Of a stretch of DNA of 64,000 nucleotides, positions 37,501-49,071 are shown piece after piece. Each line of letters starts with the position of its first letter. Position 1 is the first letter of the stretch. The stretch covers positions 1,426,001 to 1,490,000 of the forward strand of contig NEEC01000018.1 of assembly GCA_002189035.1 (NCBI GenBank). The letters run 5' to 3'. The stretch comes from Utricularia gibba. Taxonomy: Eukaryota > Plantae > Magnoliophyta. Made by a program: the position numbers and the translations under genes. The notes under the pieces are model-generated. The model was not told the DNA's origin. It ran no database searches and saw nothing but the letters and a program-made list of their open reading frames with translations.

Positions 37501-39776
37501 ATGGAGTGCGATGTTACTGAGATGGAATTCATAATTCTACTACTTTTAGAGTAAACATACGAAATGGAACATGTGACTGTGGATTTTGGCAAACAGAATC
37601 TCTTCCATGCCTTCATGCACAAAGGGTACGTTTTATATTAATCTATATTTTATTTTTTTATATCTAACATAATATTTTATTGTAGGCTTGTCATGAATTT
37701 AATATAAATCGAAGAACAAGGGCAAGTCAGTTTTATCAGACTCGTTTTATGGAGAAAGCTTATGCATCTGAGGTTCACCCTTGTCGAGATAAGTCATATT
37801 GGCCATCTACCGGTTTTACACTTCATGTTGATCCTGAATATGAAAGTACAAGGATTGGTCGTAAGAAGACATCACGTTATCAGGGTGCTGTTGATTTTCA
37901 AAATCGTAAAGGACGTCATTCTTTTGGAGTACAAAAACCACGTAAAACAACTACACAGACTCCTATTGAACAAGAGCCTGTTCATCATGGTTTAGAAGAG
38001 CGTTCATCACCTCTGCGTCGTGACATGATATTGATGCCATCAAATCTTGAAGAAGGAAATCCAAGTACTTATAGACAATCAAGTTTTTGTGGAGAAAATT
38101 CAAATTACTTTGGAGGAGAGCCTAATAACTATGGAGGACGAATTCACGCGAGACATTCTATTTCGCATCCACAAGAGTTCTCTCAACCTTCAACTAGAAC
38201 AAGGTCCAGCAATAAATCTACTTCAAAAGAAGCTGTTTCCATATTGGATAGACTTTTCGGTGGATTTCGTAACTTCAGAAAATGAAACATTTATCATATG
38301 TATTTTCATATTGTTGTATAAATTGTAATGTTTTAAATAAATGAAACATTGAAACAATATCAATGTATTATTTGGAATAAATACCAAATATTTCATAATA
38401 AATTGAACCATTAACCCCTTCAGTAGAATCAAAAAAGGTTGTATTAAAGTTTCGATCAATTAATAACATGGTAATTGCCCCTGCTAGTACCGGAAGTGAT
38501 AATTAAAGTGGGAATGCTGTCACTAGAGCGGATCAAACAAATAGGGGTGATCTATGCATAGTCATTCTAGGTCCATGCATAGTCAAGCTGTTTCAAAGAA
38601 AAAAAAAACGATTCAGTGGGTAGGCTACGGAACCATTTCATTGCATGACCTTTTATTTTCATGTGTTCAATAAGAATTTGCACATAAAAGCCATAGGTAA
38701 ACCCTTAAAGTGACCTTGGGATATGACAACATAAAAGTCACAAAAACAAATTATGAATAGTTTGTTTTTTTTCTTAAAAACTTTTATAGAAAAATATAAA
38801 ACAAATTGAAAAGAATATATGTATTATTTTTTATCTATCAAGTGATAAATGTAAATAAATTTTGTATAACATTAATCATGGTTTATATATATATATATCT
38901 AAGTCACATGAATTAAGCAATGTAATCATTTAAAAATAAAATAAATAAAATATATTTAATTTAATTGTTTGAATAACTGTTAAATTAAAATGAGTATTAT
39001 TATTTACCCTTTATTTTTGAATAAGGGTTATTCTTTATACTTTATTATTGAGTAAGTATTATTCTTTAATGTTTATTATTTAATTGATGTTATTCTTTAA
39101 CCTTTATTATTAAATAAGTATTATTCTTTACTGTTTATTTAAGTAAACCATTATATTTAATTGAATGAGCATTATTATTTATCGCTTATTGACACCTTTA
39201 GATTTATTTTATTGTTTTTTAATTTAAAATGATTTAATAAGAATTTTAAATTCAAAATATAAATTTAATTTAATTTTAAAATTCCTATATACTCATGTTA
39301 AATTAAAACAAATCAAACTTTTGTTAAACAATATTTTTCATCATTTTTTTATTAATTGAATTAATATTGAATAATAACAATGATTCAAAAGAATCTTTTT
39401 TTCTAATTTCTTTTTTCTAATAACAATGATTCAAACTTTTGTACAAATTAGATATATTGTATTTTTTTTTGAAATTAGATCTTCAAAACAATTTCTCTAT
39501 TAATAATTTTTCCAATTTTTGAAAACTTAAACAACAAATTTATAATCAAATTAATTAAAAATGCTCACAAATAATACCTATTTTTGTATTTTTAGTTTTA
39601 TAAAATTTGAATTATTCATAATACTTATAATAAATTATTAAAACTAAATTTCAGTATTAATATAATTTTGAGAAATGAAACAGGTGCCCTGCACCAAACA
39701 CTTTCTAAAACCGTGTTGTCTGACAAATAAAAAACGATGTCAGTGCTCTAACACAAATTTATCGTTTTTTAAACCC
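34545..39776. mobile_element. Mutator-like (MULE/MuDR) transposon, ~5.2 kb
   Basis: Long inverted repeats at both ends: near-identical core GAAAGT.TTTGGTGCAGGGCACCTGTTT at 34614-34647 and 39673-39705, with weaker similarity ~70 bp further out. Encloses a MuDRA transposase. TSD not resolved, so the ends are approximate. Confidence 0.85.
35161..38285 (+). pseudogene. MuDRA-type transposase (MuDR DBD, MULE DDE, SWIM), spliced, with one frameshift
   Basis: IGMHFKDKQALKDAVK, CRPVLCVDATHL, IISDRGSG, WCLYHL, TNHVEALN, SWIM CDCGFWQTESLPCLH. Frameshift near 37520 and no clear acceptor AG near 35800. Confidence 0.8.
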
Positions 39777-40575
39777 TAAATTACTGAAGCAGCAGTACCC
39801 AGATGTCAACAGTAAATTTAAAAAAACTTGTGTTGCTGAATTTAGGAATGGGGGTGGCAGTGTAAGCTTGAAGAGGTTGGCTGTTGGCCTGAGCAATTGC
39901 TCACCTTGTCGCCGAAGTCATTGATTTGTGCTGTCGGAAACTCAACCCAGCTGAGCACTGCGAAAGAAGAAAAGTAATAAATATGGAGAGATGGGAAAAA
40001 CAGGTTGGACAAACGCGAAAAACCTTGTCCCCAGATTCATTCATTTCCTCAGGCACTGAAAGTGTCTGTCTTGCCACTGAGGAAGAAAAAGGCACTGAAG
40101 GTGTCTGAAATAGGCGAATGGCTGCAGCCAAGGCATCTTTTTTACATGCCTTTTATTCAATTTTGCTTCGAGACGCTTTCGCATGGTTGATTCTCTGGAG
40201 CACATGCGAGACATTTTACGGGCATCGGCTCGAAAGGGAGCATCCAGCTGAGTAGATCACTTCCCTTTGTTTCTCTGGTCTGCGCAAATATAATCTGGTT
40301 TGAAGAACTCCACCGTTTTAGTTCAACCAAAAGGGTTTATAGCACTGTGTCTCATCAAGGGATTATTGATCTTTTGAACACTTGCTTGTTCTCTCTCTGT
40401 GTCTGTTTGTAATCAGCTCCATGGAGCTCTATTGTATTCATTCATTACAACAAGACGGCATTGAATTGAAAGCTCTGCGCCGCGCCCATTTGGTGGGTTT
40501 TGCGGAGCCGAAGGTGGGAAAATGGTGGAGAGCATTTAAGTAAGCCTTGGCAAGTTATTGTTTTTGTGGTTATGG

Positions 40576-40607
40576 GATCTGATCTGATCTGATCTGATCT
40601 GATCTGA
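40576..40607. repeat. (GATCT)6 microsatellite
   Basis: Read directly from the sequence. Confidence 0.95.
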
Positions 40608-42265
40608 GTCACCCCATCTGGAGGCACAGGCCTACCCTGCCCATGCCCATCAGGGTTGAAAGATCGAGTTTGGCAGGCCATCCCACCCCACCACCAAGTC
40701 ACCATGACACCATGAACTTACTTACCACTCTTATCCTCATCAATGCCGAGCGCCTGCTGCCAAAAACACACAAAAAAACGACAATTAACTAAATGGACAA
40801 CAAGGGTTTGATGTTAGAATTAAGAAACCAACTGATGACAATTAAGTAAATGAATGATGCTGACCTGAAATAGGAAAATGCCACGTGGTGGTGGGTAGAG
40901 TAGATTATTGTAAATGGATGAATTAGCGAATAACAAAGTTGGTTTTTCTTAGGTGAAATCAGTTGGAATGAGGTTGTGAACGTGTCCTCATAGCTTGTTG
41001 CAGATGGGTAGATTGATAAGTGTCAGAACTGAATTACTACGATCGTTTGACAATGTGAAAGTTAGTCAAATACCATTAATGTCAAAGGAGTAACAATTAT
41101 TTGCCAATGGGATTAGACTAAGGTTGCCAAGCATAGAAATCAATTGACACTTTTAGAATTCAATAGAATCGACTATAAGGAAATTCGAGAAAAATAGAAT
41201 TAGTTTTTTATTAATAAAACCCACTTTTTTGACGAGCTTTTATAGGTCTATGATTTGTATTCTAGTGATTTCCAAATAAAAATACTTATCTCTTTTTAAA
41301 TCATTCACCTCAACTTTATCCCAAAAATTGGTATATTGAAAATCGAATTCTATCAAACCAACTTTGCACTCGAAAACTGATCAATTCCAACAGAACCGAT
41401 TTTCGACCACAACAATGAAGAAATAGGGTTTGATGTGATAAGTAATACACGATATCTTTTTTTGATAGTATAATATATAAGATATATACTATATTTATAT
41501 ATAAATCATTATTCGATTAAGCAGCATATATACATACTAATGTTGTATGATTATGTTATTCACGTGTTCATTTTTTAAGCATGTGGATGATATACACAAA
41601 TAGAGTAAGAATGAGTTATTACATGTATACCATTAGTATTATTACTTATATTCTAGAGTATCAATGATTATATACAATTGATTGATGATATGATTTTCTC
41701 CAAAAATGATATTTTTAACATGTATTTGTAAATTTTATATATTAAAGATATTTTCGATGATAATCACACACTGTATATTTATTTAAATATAAATAATTAA
41801 ATTATATTATTAATTAAACTTATATAAAAATAGTCCAACTTTCAACCGCTTATCGTAAGGTACGAAAAAGATCTGGGGTTTGACCTAACCTGAGCTCGTC
41901 AGTCTTACAAAGAAAACGTGCATTCAAGACGCCACGTGTCGGTTGAATCCCCACTCTACAGTGTGCACTCATCACTCCGCAGTAAAAGCGCCACCGTAAG
42001 AAATGAAATTACAGAAGAGGCTCATATTTACTGATGCAATGTGGGGGAAGCATTAAACGCAGCCCCGATACAGAGAAGCAGAAAGCGATCCAAGAAAGAG
42101 AATCAAAGCTTCTAGAAAAAAGAGAGAGCGAGAGGAGAAGAAGAAGAAGAAGGTGGAGAACAATCCATTCATCACTTGTCGGGTTTCTTCTTTTTTTCTC
42201 TTTGGTGGGTTTTCGGGAAAAACCGAGTCTTTATTGATCTTGCAGGTTGAAGCTGAGGAGAAAAA

Positions 42266-45200
42266 ATGTATGGAGATTGCCAAGTTCTGCCAACAATGGG
42301 AACAAACGCCATCCCCCTTTCTTCAGAGAGTCACCAGCTTTACCCTTCTTCTCTTCAGAGCACCAACTTCGGTTTCATGGCCAATATAAACCCAATGAGT
42401 ATCTTCTCCCCCATCATCCCCGTACGTCTTTCTTTACTTTCAGGGCTGAAAGCTTCAGCCCCTAACCTTAAACAACAGAGGAAGTTGTCATCACTGACTT
42501 TTCATTACCATTCCTTTCGATTTTTGTCAGAAAGAAGAGAATGGGGTCTCCAAAAGCAGGGAAGACGTTTTGGAAAGTGGATCGGGAAGCGAACACATTG
42601 AAGGGGTCTCCGGGAACGAGCAGGAGGCTGATGAACAGCAGCAGCCTCCGACGAAGAAGAAACGCTACCACCGCCACACTGCGCGTCAGATCCAAGAAAT
42701 GGAAGCGTGAGCTTAGCTTCATCTCCCTGCAGATTCAATCCTTCCCCTTCTCGGATAGCTTTTAACTGAACTGTCTGCATTTTTCTTGTGGCGTAGGCTG
42801 TTCAAGGAATGCCCCCATCCAGATGATAAACAGAGACTGAAGCTCAGCCAAGATCTTGGCTTGAAGCCACGCCAAGTGAAGTTCTGGTTCCAGAATCGTC
42901 GAACCCAGATGAAGGTTAACCACCCATATTTCCTTGTTTTAAAAAAGAACCCTAAAATTCTTTTTCACAGTTGAATTTATTGCATAAAAATTGGATTAAA
43001 TACGTAATAAATGACTAGAAGAGGATCCAAATATAGCAACAGAAGGGGAAAAAGTTGTTTTTGTCTTCAAAGTTCCAAAAGATTTCATGGTGCAACTGGG
43101 AATGGGTGCCCTACAGGCGTAGCTTAAGCGGTGTACGTTAGCAGCATGCTGCATTAACTTCGGGGTTGCTTTCATCTCTTGCTCCTGCACCAGCATTAAA
43201 TGTACAGTCAGCCCTACCTTCCACCCTGCTCCTACAGCTCCATCTCTCTTTCGGGGAACACCCCTTTAAAGCGTAGTTATTAGGGTTTGGCCCCCTTGCT
43301 TCCACCCACAGAACCCCGGTTCGAGTTTCGCTGAGTGGAGTTTGCGCTAAGCTGATATAGGTTTTTGTGTGATTGCATATGGGGCTGTTGACATTTTGTG
43401 TTCTTGATTATGATGATGATGATGATGATGATTAGGCTCAACAAGACAGACAGGACAATGTTGTGTTAAGGGCTGAAAATGAGAGCTTGAAGAACGAGAA
43501 CTATAGGCTGCAAGCAGCGTTGAGAAATGTGGTTTGCCCTAGCTGTGGTGGAGCAGCTATTCTCGGTGAAGTGGGGTTCGACGAGCAGCAGCTTCGTATC
43601 GAAAATGCTCGTCTCAAAGATGAGGTTCTTCTTCTTCTCTTACGACGCTCTTGATTGTGCTTCAATACAATATTGTAGGATATGGGTTATTGTTGTTTGG
43701 GGAAGATGATATGCTGCTCACATCCTTACATCTCATTTGCAGTACGAGCGTGTTTGCTGCCTTATTTCGCAATGCTCCGGTCGTTCGCTCCCGGCCCTTG
43801 GTCCGGTGCCGATCATGCCTCCTTCATTGGACCTGGATATGACTCCGTTTCCTCGGAAGTTTGAGCAAGATACTATCAGCAGTTGCCCTTCTGATCACAT
43901 GATGCCTCTTCCATTCATGCCGGAGAATTCTCACTTTCCAACGAATCCGTTAATTTTAGATGAGGAGAAATCGTTGGCGTTGGAGCTCGCCGTGTCGTCC
44001 ATGAATGAGCTAGTGAAGATGTGCACCACAGGGGAACCGCTTTGGGCTCGATCTTCAGACACCGGCAACCTGGTGCTCAATGTTGAAGAGTATAACAGGG
44101 CGTTTTCATGGAATTTTAAGCAGAATGCATCAGATTTCAGGGTCGAGGCCACAAAGGAAACTGCTGTCGTCATAATGAACAGCATCACGCTTGTGGATGT
44201 ATTTCTTGATGCAGTAAGTTTTAACTTACTTTTTATTCCTTGATGCATCACAGAGTTAAATTGTTAATATGATCTCAGAACAAATGGATGGAACTTTTCC
44301 CTTCGATCGTTTCGCGAGCCAAAACTCTGCAAGTTGTGCATTCTGAGGTTTCTGAACATGCCAATGGCTCTCTTCATCTGGTACTGTTTACATTTTTCAT
44401 TCACGAGAGCAATATTTTCTCTGTCTTGTGCTTATTTTCTGGGAATCCGCAGATGTATGCCGAGCTTCAAGTCCTTTCTCCACTGGTTCCGACCAGAGAG
44501 GCTCATTTCCTGCGTTACTGTCAACATAATGCAGAGGAGGGCACTTGGGCAATTGTAGACTTCCCCATTGATGGCTTCCAAAACAACTATCCACCGTCGT
44601 TTCCGTACTACCGCCGGCGACCCTCAGGGTGCATTATTCAGGACATGCCGAATGGATACTCCAGGGTTGTTACATCAATATCTCCGTTTCTTCAAAAAAA
44701 CAGTGATATCTTAGTTCTATATCTAATGTAAGTTTCTGTTCCTCCAACTTCAGGTCACTTGGGTGGAGCATGTGGAAGTTGAGGATACTCCGATTCATCA
44801 TGTTTTAGCTGGTTTTGTGAGCAGCGGCGCCGCTTTTGGGGCTCGCCGATGGTTGGCCGGCTTACAGAGGCAATGTGAAAGGCTCGCAAGTCTCATGGCT
44901 AGAAACCTATCAGACCTTGGAGGTTGGCTGATGAATGAAGGATGTTTTGAGCCTTTGATTTGCATTTTCCAGCTCCCGATTTTTCTTAACTTTCTCTGGG
45001 TTTGTTCCCAGTGATTCCTTCTGCAGAAGCACGGAAAAGTTTGATGAATCTTTCAAAGAGGATGATCCGCACGTTCTGTCTCAACATGAGCACAAGCTAT
45101 GGACAGTCATGGACAGCCCTGTCTGATTCTGCTGATGATTCTGTCCGGATCACGACCAGGAAAGTCACCGAGCCGGGGCAGCCGAACGGCCTCATTCTCA

Positions 45201-45944
45201 GCGCCGTGTCCTCGTCTTGGCTGCCATATCGGCAGCACCAAGTCTTTGATTTCTTAAGAGATGAGAAGCGCAGAGCACAGGTACGAATCTTGATCCTCTG
45301 CTGTAGCTCTTACCTCATCCTGATGGTGCTGTTTGTATCTCTAATCCGCAGCTTGAAGTTCTCTCAAATGGGAATTCTCTGCACGAGGTGGCTCACATTG
45401 CAAATGGCTCCCACCCCGGAAACTGCATTTCGCTTTTTCGGATCAATGTAAGCTTCCTCCGAGCTACAATCCTTGGCTACATCGACATAACTCTGAGATT
45501 TTTCAGGTTGCAAGCAACTCATCCCAGAGTGTGGAGCTTGTCATACAGGAGAGTTGCTCCGACAACTCTGGTAGCATGGTGGTTTACGCCACCATCGACG
45601 TCGAAGCGATTCAAATGGCGATGAACGGTGAGGACCCCTCCAACATTCCTCTCCTCCCACTGGGCTTCATTCTCCACCCCATGAACCAAACCAGCAAAGA
45701 ATCTACCAAGGGAAGCAAGAAGAACCATTTGCCGGAGTCAGAAGGCCTGTCCGGCTGCCTACTGACCGTCGGACTTCAAGTCCTGGCCAGCACAATCCCA
45801 GCTGCAAAACTTAATCTGTCCAGTGTCACGGCTGTGGATCACCATATTTGCAACATTATTCAGCAAATCAACACGCTTCTGTCTAGCAGCAATGGCAACT
45901 TCTCTAGCCGGGCTCTGGAGACGGAGGCTCCACAGGCTGCCTGA
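42266..45944 (+). CDS. HDG5: HD-Zip IV transcription factor, HDG5/ROC3-like (HD, ZLZ, START, SAD)
   Basis: MYGDCQV start, [61 protein letters not shown] domain ([26 protein letters not shown]), [14 protein letters not shown]. All introns checked are GT-AG. Confidence 0.92.
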
Positions 45945-45999
45945 ACCAATCTTGAAGACAGAATAGGAAGTGTTTCCGGTGGTAGGTTTTGGTGATATA

Positions 46000-46096
46000 G
46001 AAGTCAAGAGCGCACCAGATGTGATCCTTGCTACCTGTTAAGGCTGTGGAGCTTATCTCAACAGGTAGCAAGGATGATGGTTCGGGAATTGACTTC
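46000..46096 (+). promoter_or_regulatory. HD-ZIP IV 3'UTR structured element (conserved motifs plus long hairpin)
   Basis: GAAGTCAA (46000-46007) pairs with TTGACTTC (46089-46096). TGGTTCGGGAATTGACT matches the conserved HD-ZIP IV 3'UTR motif as remembered. Inner perfect 16-bp stem 46024-46039/46060-46075. Confidence 0.75.
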
Positions 46097-46494
46097 TGCT
46101 CATTGATTCATGACGTTGGCTACTTGCAGTAGTTCCTGTTGTGGTTCTGATTCCATCAAGTTTACCTGTAAACTCCTGGATGCTAATGGCGTCCATCTGT
46201 TTCTCTTCATTCTTCCCCGTGAACTATGAAACCAGAGTCTTTTAATGAACCCCATATTCAAAAACTGTTAAAACGACATGGTAAAAGAAAGCAACTGATG
46301 CAGCTTAACTCCATTGTTAAAAGGTAACTAGTCAAGACACTGATGCTGCACAAGTAATCATCTTCTATGTACAGACAAGCTTCAGCAGAGCCAGCAATGG
46401 CTGTCTCTGAAGCATATCATAGTTTGTTCAATCAAAGGATTGAGTAGAAACTATAAGAACATGCAAATACAAATCCAGTGATTCCAGCATCATA

Positions 46495-47819
46495 TCATGA
46501 TTTGCTGCTCTTGGTGCTAACTAAAGTGGGAGTCACAGTTACAATACCGATAAGAAACAATGTGACTATTGATTGAATGTCGTAGAGATCACCAACTGAT
46601 TGCAACTCTCCTAGGGTTATTCCAGCCTGCAATATCAAGACCTCAAAGTATTAGAATGAATCATCTTTAGCCTCAAGTAGGCACACAGCATGCCCTGACA
46701 AGATGCATCAACGGGAAACAAGGATGGGAAGTGAAAGTATACCCTGACAGTAACATAAGCAGCCGGGATGAGGCCAATGACGGTAGCCAGTAAGAAAATG
46801 TGATAAGGGATATCAACGATTGGTGAAGCAGCATTTATAAACGTGTTAGGTAGTGTTGGAGTTACTCTCAAAAAGAGCATGTAGTTTAGCAGCCGTGAGC
46901 GGCGTTTAGCCACCTGAAGGGAAAGAGCCAAGAAGATTGAAGTGAAAAAAGGAGAAAAGGTGAGTATTTAACTGATTTAAACTATGTATCATTCACCTGG
47001 GACTGAAAGAATATCAGTTTGTCAGGCCACATGGAGAAGATAAGTGGTCGGCCAATAATCTTCGATAAGAAAAAGCATGAGGATGCACCTGCCGTGGCCG
47101 TGAAGACCACAAGAGCAACACCCTTGAATACCCCAAAAAGAGATCCGGCAAGTAGGGACATAAAAATAGTTCCGGGAATCATAAAAGTCTGCATAAAAAT
47201 GTAGACCAGACAGTATCCAACAAGAACTTGCACGGTGTACTCATTCGTATAGCTTTCCAGATTATCCCTTTAGACAGTAAACAGATGCATTAAGTAAGCT
47301 ACAACAGGCCAATCCATGCTACGAATGGATTGATTAAAGGAATGAGCAAAATGTGAATAAGAAAGAAGGAGAAGATCAACATAACACCAACAATTAAATG
47401 GAGTTAACTACACCAGAAGCCATAAAATTATCAGTTTGAGTTGTAAGAGAAAAAAACAGCTCCTCTGAATAAACAAACGGTTAATAAAAAAGAGGTGTGA
47501 CTCAATATCATTCATGTTCTTAGTTCTCCACAAATATCATAACAGGAGAAAAGCACAAGCTGCATGAACCGAAAAATAAAAAACTAACTAAACAGAGAGC
47601 AATGAGTCAGACAAAAAAAGAACAATGGTACCTGAGAATTTGAAGATCCTCCAAAGAACGTGGTAGCTTAAGAAAACTATAATCTGAAGCAGGCATCGTT
47701 AAATACAACATCGTCAAACCCAACAGGAACCCAAACACAACGACACCCGCCACCGTCACCTCCAACGTAGTCAACGGAAACTTCCTCCTTTCACAGTTAC
47801 CGGCGACGTTCACAGCCAT
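46495..47819 (-). CDS. SNARE-associated Golgi (DedA/VTT domain) membrane protein, At1g71940/At4g09580-like, 4 coding exons
   Basis: KFPLTTLEV, YLTMPASDYSFLKLPRSLEDLQILR, YIFMQTFMIPGTIFMSLLAG, LLNYMLFLRVTPTLPNTFIN, AGITLGEL. Start codon uncertain. Confidence 0.88.
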
Positions 47820-49071
47820 CTCCTCCAAGAAAAAACCAAGAACAAATTTTTCTTATCTGGGTCGTCACTAAATATCCGCAATCTTCCCCTAAACCTGACG
47901 CACCGTAATCAAATCTGGATTCAGAGAAGAATGGGCATAGACCCCAATAGCCAATTTCACTTGATGTCCAAATTAAGAGGAAGAAGGAGAGGTTAGGAGG
48001 ATTCCTGCTCCTCGTCAAGCTTCGCTTCAGGAGCATCCCCTTCCCATCCTCCAAAGCTATAATTTTGTATCGTCAGGCGGGGACTTCTATCCCGAATATT
48101 CGCCTCCATCCATAAATCAACACAATTTCTAGTCAAATACTCCCGGCTGCGTGATTCAAAAGATTTACCCACACGCTTCACATTCTCATCAAGTTCATCT
48201 TTTTTTTTTCCTACAATATTATGAAATCATTGATTGATCAGGATTTTATCCTGATTCCATGATTTTTTGAATTCAGGTCCAATATTTTTACACAAAATTT
48301 AAAAATTCTCAAATCCAGAAATATTAAAGTTTAAATATTTATTTTTTTATAATATATTTATAATAATTTCAACCCGATTCAATTCATAATAAAAATCCAG
48401 AATAATTAGGATGATGACGTTGTGAGAAGTTCATTGAACGTTATCATTTAGAGGAAGTAGAAGTCCATAAATATTTGATAAACATATCTTATTATCACAT
48501 GAATTTATAAAAATACCTCAAAATATTCTAAATAATTTGTTTGATGTTCATGAAAAAGACATGATTATTTTGAATTTAGTTGAAATATAAAAATAAATAT
48601 ACTTGAATTTCTAAATATTAATTAGATACATTTAAACGGATTTATAAAAATTCAACTCCTATATGTATTTAGTATATTAAGACCTTATTATATTTAATTT
48701 ATATTGGTATATGATTAATGAGGAAAAATGATTATATTGAGAATAATAACATAATTTATTTTTAATAATTTTATATATTTATAAACCACATATATTACTC
48801 AAATAAATAAAATTTATCCATCAAATACAATGTTTATTTAAATTTATTAATAAAATTTTATCTAAAAGAAAATATTTTACTTAGCATGAGCCCAGATCGA
48901 TCCAGGTACAGATCGGCCTATCTAGAATTTGGCCCAATGAGTGTAGTTCAGCCCAAAAAAGTAATGGTGACCAAATTTGTTTTTGTTTTTGTAGAAAACG
49001 AAAAAAGAAAATACTTTTAGTTCACATTTTCACTATCGCCAACTCGGCCATTATCGAAGGAAGCAAGTAGC

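Noticed and set aside
39901-40131. 76-aa ORF containing RVCPTCFSHL (FYVE-like tail)
   Set aside because: No other FYVE cysteines or basic patch; non-ATG start; the segment runs into an intron-like polypyrimidine tract.
43118-43175. tRNA A-box-like TAGCTTAAGCGG
   Set aside because: No B-box or cloverleaf at the right spacing.
46630-46743. Possible U12 intron in the SNARE-associated gene (donor GTATACTT)
   Set aside because: Mismatch in the invariant donor core and no convincing CCTTAAC branch site.
47830-48181. 62-aa ORF and out-of-frame MGR start upstream of the SNARE-associated gene
   Set aside because: I could not find a splice path joining it to the coding exon; it may be a uORF or UTR, so it is left unresolved.
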